Under the pieces are notes generated by a model. It was not told the origin of the DNA and ran no database searches. It saw nothing but the letters and a program-made list of their open reading frames with translations. Positions 12,387 to 21,870 of a stretch of 64,000 nucleotides of DNA are shown here, piece after piece. The translations under genes and the position numbers were made by a program. Source of the DNA: an uncultured Gammaproteobacteria bacterium (lineage in GTDB: Bacteria; Pseudomonadota; Gammaproteobacteria; Steroidobacterales; Steroidobacteraceae); NCBI GenBank assembly GCA_963811115.1, contig CAWEQB010000012.1, forward strand, positions 1,017,762-1,081,761, given 5' to 3'. Positions within the stretch are counted from its first letter, which is position 1, and each line of letters opens with the position of its first letter.

Positions 12387-12452
12387 GAACCTGTCCGAGC
12401 ATGCCGAGGCGGCCGGCTTGCCCTGCGGGCGCCCGACCCATAGAGTGACTCC

Positions 12453-13163
12453 ATGGAACTACTAACCGATCCGCAGGTTTGGCTGTCGTTCCTGACGCTC
12501 GCGGTTCTGGAAATCGTACTCGGCATCGACAACATTATTTTCCTCGCAATTCTGGTCGACCGGCTGCCGAGCTCGCAGCGCCAGATCGCGCGGTTTCTCG
12601 GCCTCGGATTTGCCATGGTGACGCGTATCGCGCTGCTGTTTTCGATCACCTGGTTGGCGTCGCTGCGTGCCACGTTGTTTACCGTGCTCGGCAACGAAAT
12701 TTCCGGACGGGATCTGGTCCTGTTCGGCGGCGGCCTGTTCCTGATCGTGAAAAGCCCCATGGAAATTCTCAGCATGCTGAGCGGCAAGGTGGAGATCCGC
12801 AGACCCAGCTCGGCGAACAGCATCTGGCTGATCATCCTGCAGATCGGCCTCATCGACATCGTGTTCTCGCTCGATTCGGTGTTCACGGCCATCGGTCTCT
12901 CGAAACACATCGAAGTCATGATCGCGGCCATCGTTGCGTCGGTGGCGGTGATGATGGTGGTGTCGCCGGTGGTCGGCCGCATCATCGAACGTTTCCCGAC
13001 GCTCAAGGTGCTGGCGCTGGCGTCGCTGGTCCTGGTGGGAATCACGCTGATCGCGCAGGCCTTGGACGTGGACATACCCCACAGCTATGTGTATGTCGCG
13101 ATGGCGTTCTCGGCGGTCGTGGAATGGGTCAACATTCGCTTGCGCCGCCGCCGCGAAACTTAG
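12453..13163 (+). CDS. TerC-family integral membrane protein
   Basis: 236 aa, multi-TM, with an N-terminus LTLAVLEIVLGIDNIIFLAILV typical of the TerC/YoaE family. Confidence 0.75.
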   Translation: MELLTDPQVWLSFLTLAVLEIVLGIDNIIFLAILVDRLPSSQRQIARFLGLGFAMVTRIALLFSITWLASLRATLFTVLGNEISGRDLVLFGGGLFLIVKSPMEILSMLSGKVEIRRPSSANSIWLIILQIGLIDIVFSLDSVFTAIGLSKHIEVMIAAIVASVAVMMVVSPVVGRIIERFPTLKVLALASLVLVGITLIAQALDVDIPHSYVYVAMAFSAVVEWVNIRLRRRRET

Positions 13164-13178
13164 CAGAACCCTCCGCTG

Positions 13179-14582
13179 TCAGGGTTGTTCGGCGAGCTCG
13201 CTATGACTGCGTGAGTACAGGAAGAACAGCGCCAGTCCGACGGCGGACCAGATGAAGAAAGCTTCCCAGGTAATGGCCGGCAGCCCCGCCATGAGGAAGG
13301 CGCAAAAACCCATGCCGAGCAGCGGCACCAGCGGTACCCACGGCGTGCGGAACGGACGCTTGAGTTCCGGACGGGTCTTGCGCAGCACGATGACGCTAGC
13401 GCACACCATGAAAAATGCGGCGAGCGTTCCCAGATTCACCAATTGCGCCACCTTGCCGATGGGCGAGAGACCGGCGATCAGCGCGATGGCCACACCGGAT
13501 CCCAATATCAGGCGCACCGGCGTCTGAGATTTCGGGTTCACGATGGCCATGGGCTTCGGCAGCAGTCCGTCGCGGGACATCGCCAGCACCACACGGGTCA
13601 GGCCGAAGTAGAGCACCAGCATCACGGTGGTGATGCCGGCCAGGGCGCCGATGGAGATCAGTGCCTCGGCCCAGCCGATGCCGAGCTGCTTGAGCGCATC
13701 GGCGATGGGTGCCTTGACGTCAATCTGGTCGTAGTGCACCACGCCGGTCAGGATGCCGGAGACGAGGATGTACAGCACGGTGCAGATGATAAGCGAGGCG
13801 ATGATGCCGATGGGCAGGTTGCGCTGCGGGTTGACGGTTTCTTCCGCCGCGGTGGACACCGCGTCGAAGCCAATGTAGGCGAAGAAGATCAGCGAGGCGC
13901 CGGTGAGCACGCCGCCGTAGCCGAAGTGCGAATCGCCCGCGGCGTCGATGACCTGGGGAGGAACGAAGGGATGCCAGTTGGCCGGATTGACGTGCGGCGC
14001 CGCGACCACGATGAAGATCACAACGGCGGCGAGCTTGACGAACACCATCACGGTATTGAAGCGGGCCGATTCGCGCACGCCGATCGACAGCAGCACGGAC
14101 AGCGCCAGCACGATGACCATGGCCGGCACATTGGCGATGCCGCCGTCGAGCGGCGCGTTGGTCAGCGAGTGCGGCAGATGCAGCCCGAGGAGTTCGAGGA
14201 TTTTGCCGAAATATCCGGACCAGCCGATGGCCACGGTGGAGGTTGCGATGGCGTATTCCAGTATCAGGTCCCAGCCGATGATCCACGCGATCAGTTCGCC
14301 GATGCCGGAATAGGCATAACCGTAGGCGCTGCCGGCGCCGCCAATGGCGCCGGCGAGTTCGGCATAGGAGAGCGCGGCGAAAGCGCACGCAATGCCGGAC
14401 AGAACGAACGACAGCACGATCGCCGGACCGGCATGCTGCGCCGAGACCACGCCGGTGAGCACGAAAATGCCCGTGCCGATGATGCAGCCGATGCCAAGCA
14501 TGGTCAGGTCGAAGGCGCCAAGGCAGCGTTTCAAGCCCGTATCGGCATTCACGTCAATCGGTTTGGTGCGGAACAGACTCAT
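13179..14582 (-). CDS. Amino-acid permease (APC superfamily)
   Basis: 467 aa, about 12 TM helices, LTMLGIGCIIGTGIFVLTG N-terminal signature. Confidence 0.8.
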   Translation of the reverse strand: MSLFRTKPIDVNADTGLKRCLGAFDLTMLGIGCIIGTGIFVLTGVVSAQHAGPAIVLSFVLSGIACAFAALSYAELAGAIGGAGSAYGYAYSGIGELIAWIIGWDLILEYAIATSTVAIGWSGYFGKILELLGLHLPHSLTNAPLDGGIANVPAMVIVLALSVLLSIGVRESARFNTVMVFVKLAAVVIFIVVAAPHVNPANWHPFVPPQVIDAAGDSHFGYGGVLTGASLIFFAYIGFDAVSTAAEETVNPQRNLPIGIIASLIICTVLYILVSGILTGVVHYDQIDVKAPIADALKQLGIGWAEALISIGALAGITTVMLVLYFGLTRVVLAMSRDGLLPKPMAIVNPKSQTPVRLILGSGVAIALIAGLSPIGKVAQLVNLGTLAAFFMVCASVIVLRKTRPELKRPFRTPWVPLVPLLGMGFCAFLMAGLPAITWEAFFIWSAVGLALFFLYSRSHSELAEQP

Positions 14583-14659
14583 GCGTTCTCCCTCGGAATT
14601 CTAATGATTTTCGGGCCTGCCTGGGTGCGGCAGTATGCCTGGTGCCAACCCGTGCGACT

Positions 14660-14711
14660 AGGAGCCTGTCTGAGGAATCCGCGGCCACGGGGATTCCTCA
14701 GACAGGCTCCT
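14660..14711. terminator. Perfect 21-bp inverted repeat with a 10-nt loop, directly downstream of suhB
   Basis: AGGAGCCTGTCTGAGGAATCC / GGATTCCTCAGACAGGCTCCT. There is no U-tract on either strand, so it may be a REP-like hairpin rather than a classical terminator. Confidence 0.45.
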
Positions 14712-14723
14712 GGCGGCAAACCG

Positions 14724-15518
14724 TCAGGTGCGCAGGGCCGCCGGAGTGAGCGGCCCGAGCGCCTCGAGCAAGGCCTGGTACACCTTCGGATTGCCGGCAA
14801 TGACGTTGGGTCCGAGCGCATATTCGGAGCCGGCGGGCGTGCCCACGCGTCCGCCGGCCTCTTGAATCAGCAGCGTCCCGGCCGCTGTGTCCCAGGGGGA
14901 CAGGCCGAATTCCCAAAAACCATCGATGCGTCCGGCGGCCACATAGGCTAGGTCCAACGCCGCCGCGCCCGGGCGGCGCACGCCGGCGGCGGTGGCCATG
15001 ACGACCTTCAGCATGGCGAGATAGGCATCGACATGGTCGCCGCTGCGAAACGGAAATCCAGTGCCGATCAACGCGCCCTCCAACGTGCGCTGGGTGCTGA
15101 CGCGGATCTTCTTGCCCTCGAGCTGGGCGCCGTCGCCGCGCGAGGCGGTGAAGAATTCCTGGCGCATGGGATCGTAGACCACCGCGTGCTGCAGGCGTCC
15201 CTTGTGCTCGAGCGCGATCGACACGGCAAATGTGGGGAAACCATGCAGAAAATTCGTGGTGCCATCGAGCGGATCGATGATCCAGACGAACTCGCTGTCG
15301 CCGCTGCGGCCGCCTTCTTCGGCGAGGAACGCATGCTGCGGGTGGCTGCGGCGGATGGTCGCGATGATGTCGGCTTCGGCCTTGCGGTCGATGTCGGTGA
15401 CGAAATCGTTGCGTCCCTTGCTGTCGATTTTAAGGGAATCGAGGCGCGACAGGCTGCGGACGATCAGATCACCGGCGCGCCGGGCGGCACGCATGCCGAT
15501 ATTGAGCAGTGGTTGCAT
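14724..15518 (-). CDS. suhB: Inositol monophosphatase SuhB
   Basis: 264 aa, FLAEEGG...WIIDPLDGTTNF...AAGRIDGFWE. Confidence 0.9.
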   Translation of the reverse strand: MQPLLNIGMRAARRAGDLIVRSLSRLDSLKIDSKGRNDFVTDIDRKAEADIIATIRRSHPQHAFLAEEGGRSGDSEFVWIIDPLDGTTNFLHGFPTFAVSIALEHKGRLQHAVVYDPMRQEFFTASRGDGAQLEGKKIRVSTQRTLEGALIGTGFPFRSGDHVDAYLAMLKVVMATAAGVRRPGAAALDLAYVAAGRIDGFWEFGLSPWDTAAGTLLIQEAGGRVGTPAGSEYALGPNVIAGNPKVYQALLEALGPLTPAALRT

Positions 15519-15542
15519 AAGCTGGCGCTAGAATAACAGAGC

Positions 15543-16292
15543 ATGACGGCCCTCGTTCGCATCGTCCTCATCGATCCAAGCCATCCCGGCAATATCGGGT
15601 CGGTCGCGCGCGCCATGAAGAACATGGCTCTCTCCGACTTGGTGCTGGTCCGGCCGCGCGCCTTTCCGCATGCCGAAGCGAACGCTCTGGCGGCCGGCGC
15701 GGACGACATTCTGGCCGGTGCGCGCGTCGCCGCCACGGTGGCGGAAGCGATCAGCGACTGCGGATTCATCGCGGGCACGACATCGCGCCCGCGGTCGTAC
15801 CATTGGGATTTCAACACGCCGCGCGATGTCGCCGCACGTATTGTCGGCCTGCCCGCAGAAGACCGCGCGGCTCTGCTGTTCGGATCGGAGCGCTACGGCC
15901 TCGGCACCGAAGACCTGAATTATTGCAATGTGCTGGTGCGCATCCCCGCCAATCCCGAGTATTGCTCATTGAATCTGGCGATGTCGGTGCAGCTCCTGGC
16001 CTATGAGCTCTACATGTCGCGCGAGCAGCCGCAATCGCACACCCAACTGGAATTGCCGCTGGCCCCGTCGGGCGACGTCGAGCATTTTTACGTACACCTG
16101 CTCCAGGTTCTGAAGGAGATCGATTTCGACGATCGCACCGGACACCTCATGGAACGATTGCGCCGATTGTTCAACCGCGCCCAGCTCGACCGCAACGAAC
16201 TCAACATCATGCGCGGCATCCTGAGCGCGGTGCAGGGCCGGCGGGGTCAGTCCTCGCAGCGCTTGCGCGATGAGCAGGGCAGGTGCGAATGA
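15543..16292 (+). CDS. trmJ: tRNA (cytidine/uridine-2'-O-)-methyltransferase TrmJ (SpoU family)
   Basis: 249 aa, RIVLIDPSHPGNIGSVARAMKNM...LLFGSERYGL...SLNLAMSVQLLAYE. Divergent from suhB as in the gamma-proteobacterial core. Confidence 0.85.
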   Translation: MTALVRIVLIDPSHPGNIGSVARAMKNMALSDLVLVRPRAFPHAEANALAAGADDILAGARVAATVAEAISDCGFIAGTTSRPRSYHWDFNTPRDVAARIVGLPAEDRAALLFGSERYGLGTEDLNYCNVLVRIPANPEYCSLNLAMSVQLLAYELYMSREQPQSHTQLELPLAPSGDVEHFYVHLLQVLKEIDFDDRTGHLMERLRRLFNRAQLDRNELNIMRGILSAVQGRRGQSSQRLRDEQGRCE

Positions 16293-17524
16293 GCCGTCCC
16301 GTGTATCTGGACCATGCGGCGACCACCCCCGTCGATCCTCGGGTGGCCGCGGCAATGGCGAAATGCCTCACCGCGGAGGGGTCGTACGGCAATCCGGCCT
16401 CGACCAGCCATGCATACGGTGATGCCGCCGCGGCATTGGTGGAGACGGCGCGCGCACAGGTGGCGGCGAGCGTGGGGGCGGCGCCCCAAGAGGTGGTGTG
16501 GACTTCGGGCGCCACGGAAGCGAATAACCTGGCGATTTTCGGGGTCGCCGAATATTACGGCGAGAGCGGCCGGCATATCGTCACCGCCCGCACCGAGCAC
16601 AAGGCGGTCCTCGATCCCTGCCGCGAACTCGAGCGTCGCGGCTGGCGGGTCACCTACCTGACACCAGGTGGCGGCGGCCTCATTCAACCCGAGCAGGTGG
16701 CCGCGGCATTGCAGGCGGACACCGTGCTGGTGTCCATCATGCAGGTCAACAATGAGATCGGCGTCATCCAGGACATCGCGCGCATTGCCGGGATCTGCGC
16801 GCAGCAGGGCAGCGCGCGGCTGCATGTGGATGCGGCGCAGAGCGCCGGCAAGTGCCCCATCGATTTTGCGAATCTCGGCGTGGACCTGATGTCGCTGTCG
16901 GCGCACAAGGTGTACGGCCCGAAGGGAGTGGGTGCCCTGCTGGTGTCGCGCGGCGTCTTTCGCGCGGGCGGCGGTGGCGCGGGCGGTGGCGGCGGCGGCG
17001 CGGGCGGTGACGGCGGGCGGCGGGAGCCGGTGCGATTGCGCGCCCGGCAATTCGGCGGCGGGCAGGAGCGGGGCCTGCGCGCGGGCACCGTGGCCACCCA
17101 CCAGGTGGTGGGCATGGGGATGGCGTTCGAGCTGGCGCGCGATGCGCTGCAATCGGAAGCCGCACGGCTGGCGCCGCTGCGTGAACGGTTGTGGCAGGGA
17201 TTGGCGGCGCTCGGCGGCGTGCTGCGCAACGGGGACGCGCAGCATTCAGTGCCGCATCTGCTCAATGTGTCATTCGAGCGCGTGGAGGGCGAGAGCTTGC
17301 TGGCCGCGGTACGGGGACGCTTGGCGGTTTCGACCGGCTCCGCCTGCACGTCGGCGCTGCGCGAGCCCTCGTACGTATTGCGTGCCCTGGGCCGCGATGA
17401 CGTGTTGAGCGAGAGCAGCTTGCGGTTCGGCCTGGGGCGCAACACCGGCGAACGCGATGTCGACGACGCCGTCGCCACCGTGGCCCAAGCGGTATCCCGC
17501 CTGCGCAGGGTGGGCGGCGGGTGA
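16289..17524 (+). CDS. iscS: Cysteine desulfurase (IscS/NifS-like, PLP-dependent) carrying a Gly-rich insertion
   Basis: MSRPVYLDHAATTP...SAHKVYGPKG (PLP Lys)...GGGQERGLRAGT...STGSACTS (active-site Cys). The track start is GTG 16283; I prefer ATG 16289. It overlaps the trmJ 3' end. Confidence 0.85.
   Translation: MSRPVYLDHAATTPVDPRVAAAMAKCLTAEGSYGNPASTSHAYGDAAAALVETARAQVAASVGAAPQEVVWTSGATEANNLAIFGVAEYYGESGRHIVTARTEHKAVLDPCRELERRGWRVTYLTPGGGGLIQPEQVAAALQADTVLVSIMQVNNEIGVIQDIARIAGICAQQGSARLHVDAAQSAGKCPIDFANLGVDLMSLSAHKVYGPKGVGALLVSRGVFRAGGGGAGGGGGGAGGDGGRREPVRLRARQFGGGQERGLRAGTVATHQVVGMGMAFELARDALQSEAARLAPLRERLWQGLAALGGVLRNGDAQHSVPHLLNVSFERVEGESLLAAVRGRLAVSTGSACTSALREPSYVLRALGRDDVLSESSLRFGLGRNTGERDVDDAVATVAQAVSRLRRVGGG
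16960..17025 (+). repeat. Imperfect GGC/GGT-rich microsatellite inside iscS
   Basis: GCGGGCGGCGGTGGCGCGGGCGGTGGCGGCGGCGGCGCGGGCGGTGACGGCGGGCGGCGG, which encodes AGGGGAGGGGGGAGGDGGRR. Confidence 0.7.
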
Positions 17525-17904
17525 ACTACAACGAGGTCACACGGGAGTACTTCGAGAACACTCCGGCCGTGGGGGTGCTCACCGGTCCCGGCACCTGGCG
17601 CGGCACTGCCGGCGACCGCGCGCACGGAACCTGGGTGCAATTCGATGTGCGAGCCGACGCGGGGATCATCCAGGCGGCGCGATTTCTGGCCTTCGGCTGT
17701 CCGCACACCATCGCGGCGGCTGCGTGGGTTGCCGAGCACGCCCCCGGTAGCCAGCTGCGGCTCCAGCTGCCGGAGAGCGTGGCGCAGTTGAGCGAACGCT
17801 TCGCCGTGCCGGTCGAGAAACGCGGACGGCTGCTCATCATCGAGGATGCGTGGTTGGCGTGCGTGCGCTGCGATAACCCGTGCGAGCACCACGGCGACCA
17901 TTGA
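17521..17904 (+). CDS. IscU/NifU-N-like protein that retains only one of the three canonical Cys ligands
   Basis: 127 aa with a GTG start overlapping the iscS stop. [18 protein letters not shown]...[12 protein letters not shown] aligns with IscU, but APACGD is replaced by DRAHGT and IHCSIL by RGRLLI. The C-terminal tail is [14 protein letters not shown]. Confidence 0.6.
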   Translation: MNYNEVTREYFENTPAVGVLTGPGTWRGTAGDRAHGTWVQFDVRADAGIIQAARFLAFGCPHTIAAAAWVAEHAPGSQLRLQLPESVAQLSERFAVPVEKRGRLLIIEDAWLACVRCDNPCEHHGDH

Positions 17905-18056
17905 GTAGCGGCTTGGCCGCCCCCATGAATGACCCGGTACAGCCCTGCTTTGGGTGTGAAAAAAAACGCGCTCTGGTTCCGTGCGCGCGGGGCGGTGGCG
18001 TGTTATGTATAGCCCAACGGCCGGATTTGCGGCCGTGGTTAGGAGGACGGCACGGT

Positions 18057-18380
18057 ATGGCGATTTTGTTGACGGAGTCGGCGGCTGATCGGGTGCGATC
18101 TCACTTGGCGCAACGCGGAACGGGCTTGGGCTTGCGGGTGGGCATCAAGAAGACAGGTTGTTCGGGGTTCGCATATGTCGTGAATTATGCGGACGAAATT
18201 CACCCGGACGACGCGGTTTTTGAAGCCCGGGGCGTGAAAGTGGTGGTGGATCCCTTGAGCTTGCCGCTGATCGACGGGACCTTGGTGGATTTCGTCAAAC
18301 AGGGCCTAAACGAGGCCTTCAAGTTCCAAAATCCGAAGGCCAAGGGCGAATGCGGCTGCGGCGAGAGTTTTAACGTCTAG
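18057..18380 (+). CDS. iscA: Iron-sulfur cluster insertion protein IscA/ErpA (HesB family)
   Basis: ATG 18057 preceded by [21 protein letters not shown]...C-terminal GECGCGESF. Confidence 0.88.
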   Translation: MAILLTESAADRVRSHLAQRGTGLGLRVGIKKTGCSGFAYVVNYADEIHPDDAVFEARGVKVVVDPLSLPLIDGTLVDFVKQGLNEAFKFQNPKAKGECGCGESFNV

Positions 18381-18561
18381 AAACGCCCGCCGGACATTCC
18401 CGGCGCGGGCCGGGCAGGATTCCTTTCCTTAGGGGTTTTCCCAAGTAATACAGGGACTTCGGTTGTCATCCTGATTGCTAGAGCGGGCCCTCTCCAGTAC
18501 ACTTCGCGGTCTTTGTCGGCCCCCCAAGGGGCGAATTCCCCAATATTTACCCGAGGTTGTC

Positions 18562-18993
18562 ATGCCCATCGAGCGCACTCTTTCCATTGTCAAGCCGGAC
18601 GGCGTCGGCCGTAATCTGATCGGCGATGTCTATCGCCGGTTCGAACAGGCGGGCTTGCGGGTGGTGGCGGCGCGCATGATGCATCTGTCGCAGACGGAGG
18701 CGGAGGGTTTTTACGCCGTGCACCGCGAGCGCCCGTTCTTCAAGGATCTGGTGCGCTTCATGACCTCCGGCCCCGTGATGGTGCAAGTGCTGGAGGGCGA
18801 GGGCGCCATCGCCAAGAATCGCGAGGTGATGGGCGCCACGGACCCGAAAAAGGCCTCCAAGGGCACCATCCGCGCCGATCTGGCCACCAGCATCGACGAG
18901 AACATCGTCCATGGATCGGATGCGCCGGACACCGCGGCGCGGGAAATCAGTTACTTCTTCCGCGAAATTGAGCTCTGCCCGCGTACGCGCTAG
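18562..18993 (+). CDS. ndk: Nucleoside diphosphate kinase
   Basis: ATG 18562. [15 protein letters not shown]...NIVHGSD (catalytic His). Confidence 0.93.
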   Translation: MPIERTLSIVKPDGVGRNLIGDVYRRFEQAGLRVVAARMMHLSQTEAEGFYAVHRERPFFKDLVRFMTSGPVMVQVLEGEGAIAKNREVMGATDPKKASKGTIRADLATSIDENIVHGSDAPDTAAREISYFFREIELCPRTR

Positions 18994-19026
18994 CGTAGCA
19001 GCGGGGAACTGAAGGAGACACAGATC

Positions 19027-20175
19027 TTGGCGGCGGGCGAACGCGTGAATTTACTCGGGCTTCCGCGCGCGGAACTCGAGGCATTCGTGGCTGAGCGCCT
19101 CGACACCAAGCCGTTTCGCGCCCGCCAGCTGATGAAGTGGATCTATCGGCGGGGCGCCGCGGATTTTTCCTTGATGACCGATCTCAAGCAGGAGTTCCGC
19201 GCACAGCTATCCGAAGTGGCGCGGATCGCGGTTCCGGAAATCGTGACCGAGCAGGTCTCCAACGACGGCACGCGCAAATGGATGCTGCGCATGGACGAGG
19301 TGCAGGGAATCGAGACGGTCTACATTCCCGAGCCCGACCGCGGCACCTTGTGCATCTCGAGCCAGGTCGGCTGCGCCCTTGACTGCAGCTTTTGCTCGAC
19401 TGCGCAGCAGGGTTTCAATCGCAACCTGAGCGTGGCGGAAATCGTCGGGCAGGTGTGGCTCGCGCATCGGGAACTGGCGGAGTCGCGCCCCGGCCACGGC
19501 GACGGCCGCAGCGGCGATGCCCGGGCCAACATCACCAACATCGTGTTCATGGGCATGGGCGAACCGCTCGCGAACTACCGCAACGTGGTTCCGGCCATGC
19601 GGATATTCCTCGACGACCTGGGCTACGATTTGTCGCGGCGACGGGTGACCTTGAGCACCTCGGGGTTGGTGCCGCAGATCTATAAATTGGCCGAAGAGTG
19701 CAATGTGGCGCTGGCGGTGTCGCTGCATGCGCCGAACGATGAATTGCGCAACGAACTCGTGCCCATCAACCGCAAGCATCCGATCGACGAACTGCTGGCG
19801 GCATGCTGGCACTACATCGAGGTGCAGAACGGGCGCAGCGTCACCTTCGAGTACGTCATGCTGGACGGCGTGAACGACAAACCGGAGCACGCGCTGGAAC
19901 TTGCGCGTCTCCTCAAAGGCCGCCCCGCCAAGCTCAATTTGATTCCCTTCAATGTGTTCCCCGGCACGCGCTATCGACGCTCACCCGCGCCGGTCATCTT
20001 GAAATTCCGCGATATTCTCAATGAGCACGGAGTCATCGCGACGGTTCGCAAGACGCGCGGCGATGACATCGACGCGGCCTGCGGCCAATTGGCGGGCCGC
20101 GTCACGGACCGCACCTTGGTGCGCCTCGGCACGAAGTTGACCACTGCATCACGCACTCCCGTGGAGATTCGATGA
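19027..20175 (+). CDS. rlmN: 23S rRNA/tRNA m2A methyltransferase RlmN (radical SAM)
   Basis: 382 aa, [21 protein letters not shown] (CxxxCxxC)...CGQL. Confidence 0.9.
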   Translation: MAAGERVNLLGLPRAELEAFVAERLDTKPFRARQLMKWIYRRGAADFSLMTDLKQEFRAQLSEVARIAVPEIVTEQVSNDGTRKWMLRMDEVQGIETVYIPEPDRGTLCISSQVGCALDCSFCSTAQQGFNRNLSVAEIVGQVWLAHRELAESRPGHGDGRSGDARANITNIVFMGMGEPLANYRNVVPAMRIFLDDLGYDLSRRRVTLSTSGLVPQIYKLAEECNVALAVSLHAPNDELRNELVPINRKHPIDELLAACWHYIEVQNGRSVTFEYVMLDGVNDKPEHALELARLLKGRPAKLNLIPFNVFPGTRYRRSPAPVILKFRDILNEHGVIATVRKTRGDDIDAACGQLAGRVTDRTLVRLGTKLTTASRTPVEIR

Positions 20176-20930
20176 AGTTCAGCACGTTGAAGATGCCCGT
20201 CTTGATATTGGGGATCGGCCTCGCGGCCTGCTCGCACGACAACGGCTTCAAGAAGGCCTCACCCGAGGTGCAGGCGAACACCAACATGCAGCTCGCGATC
20301 GAATACATGAAGCTCGGCAAACTGGCTTCGGCGCGCGATTTCATGGAGACCGCGCTCAGTCAGGATCCGGGAAACGCCGACGTGCAAATGACGGCCGGCA
20401 TCGTGTACGAGCGGCTGAACGAGAAGTCGAAAGCCGAGCGCGCCTATTCCGCCATGTATCGATTGGGCAAGGGCGACCCGAATATTCAGAACACTTATGC
20501 GGGATTCTTGTGCCGCACGGGCAAAACAGCGGCCGGCGAGAAGCTCTTCGTCGAGGTTGCGCGCAGTCCGCTCTACCAGACGCCGGAAGTGGCCTGGGTG
20601 AACGCCGGCGTGTGCGTGCGCGAAGTCGGCAATTTGGTCGACGCCGAACGCTACTTCAATCAGGCGCTGGCGATTCGTCCGAATCTGCCCGAGGCCATGC
20701 TGCAACTCGGCAATATCGATTTCGACCGCGGCGACGCCGCCCAGGCGCTCGAGATGGTGCAAAAATATCTCGCGGTGAATCCCGCCACCGCCGAGGTTCT
20801 CTGGCTGGGCTTTCGCGCCGAACGCAAATTGGGAGACACCACGGCGGCCGCGGGCTACGCGAGGCGGGTGCAGACTGAATTTCCCAATTCGGAACAGGCG
20901 TTGATGATGCGGTCGGGCGTCAGTCGATGA
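20172..20930 (+). CDS. pilF: Type IV pilus biogenesis/stability TPR lipoprotein PilF (PilW)
   Basis: 252 aa with lipobox LGIGLAAC and TPR repeats. Lies in the rlmN-pilF-rodZ position as in Pseudomonas. Confidence 0.75.
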   Translation: MKFSTLKMPVLILGIGLAACSHDNGFKKASPEVQANTNMQLAIEYMKLGKLASARDFMETALSQDPGNADVQMTAGIVYERLNEKSKAERAYSAMYRLGKGDPNIQNTYAGFLCRTGKTAAGEKLFVEVARSPLYQTPEVAWVNAGVCVREVGNLVDAERYFNQALAIRPNLPEAMLQLGNIDFDRGDAAQALEMVQKYLAVNPATAEVLWLGFRAERKLGDTTAAAGYARRVQTEFPNSEQALMMRSGVSR

Positions 20931-21857
20931 CTGAGCTTGCCACCGGTCCGCGGCTCAAGGCCGAGCGCGAGCGCCGCGGCTTGAGTTCGCAGAAGGCAGC
21001 CGACGAGTTGCATCTCGACGGCTGGGTCATCGACGCGCTCGAAGCGGAAAACTTCGACCGCATCGGCCCATCGGTGTATGCCAGGGGACATTTGCGCAGA
21101 TACGCGACCTTGCTGGGGCTGCCGGCCGACGAAATCATGGCGGGCTACGAGTCCCGCGCGCACGCGCCGAAGCCGGCGTCGACGCCCATTGCCAATGTGC
21201 GGCTGCGCACCGAATCACCCGCTGCGGTCAGCCACATCCCCTGGCCGCGCATCGCGGGAGGAGCCGCGGTTTTGCTGCTGGCTGTCGGAGTGCTGTGGTG
21301 GAAGCCATGGCACCGGCACGGCGCCGCTGCCGTCAACAGCGTGAATGTGCCGGTGAATCAGAGCGCAGCCTCCGCGGAGCGGGGCAACCGATTCCGCCCC
21401 GGCCGCGGCCGACGCTGCGCCGCCTGTCATCGGCACCGCGACTCTGGCGAACGTGCCTGCCGCCGCGCCGCCCGTTTCCGGCGCGGCCCCTGCGCAGACG
21501 ACCCCGGCGGAGGTCGATGCGACTGCCGGAGTCGGCAGGGCCCGCCTGCGCCTGAGTTTCTCCGCCGACTCGTGGGTGGACGTGCATGATGCGGCGGGGC
21601 GGCGCGTGTTCGCGGGCAACGGCCGGGCCAACAGCATGAAGACCATCGCCGGAATCGCGCCGCTGCGCGTGTACCTAGGATTCGCGAGCGGGGTGCAGCT
21701 CGAGGTCAACGACCGGGCGGTCGCGATCGGACCGCAATTCATGGCCGGCGACGTGGCGCGCTTCGAAGCCGGTGCGGACGGGGTTCTGCGGCGCGACGCT
21801 CACAGCCCAGCGGCGCCCGGTGGCGCGCCGCCGCATAGCGCGCGTCCCAGCGACTGA
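20927..21857 (+). CDS. rodZ: Cytoskeleton protein RodZ; as given, the reading frame is broken by one extra nucleotide near 21357-21390
   Basis: The N-terminal HTH and TM parts (LKAERERRGLSSQKAADELHL...) are in the frame of ORF 20927-21589. The linker and C-terminal DUF4115-like domain (RLRLSFSADSWVDVHDAAGRRVF...) are in the frame of ORF 21453-21857. The span is 931 nt, and 931-1 gives 310 codons. Confidence 0.8.
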
Positions 21858-21870
21858 TCGGAGTGCGCCC

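Noticed and set aside
12387-12452. A yybP-ykoY (Mn) riboswitch upstream of the TerC-family gene.
   Set aside because: The intergenic space is only 66 nt, which is too short. I could not see the conserved four-way-junction motifs.
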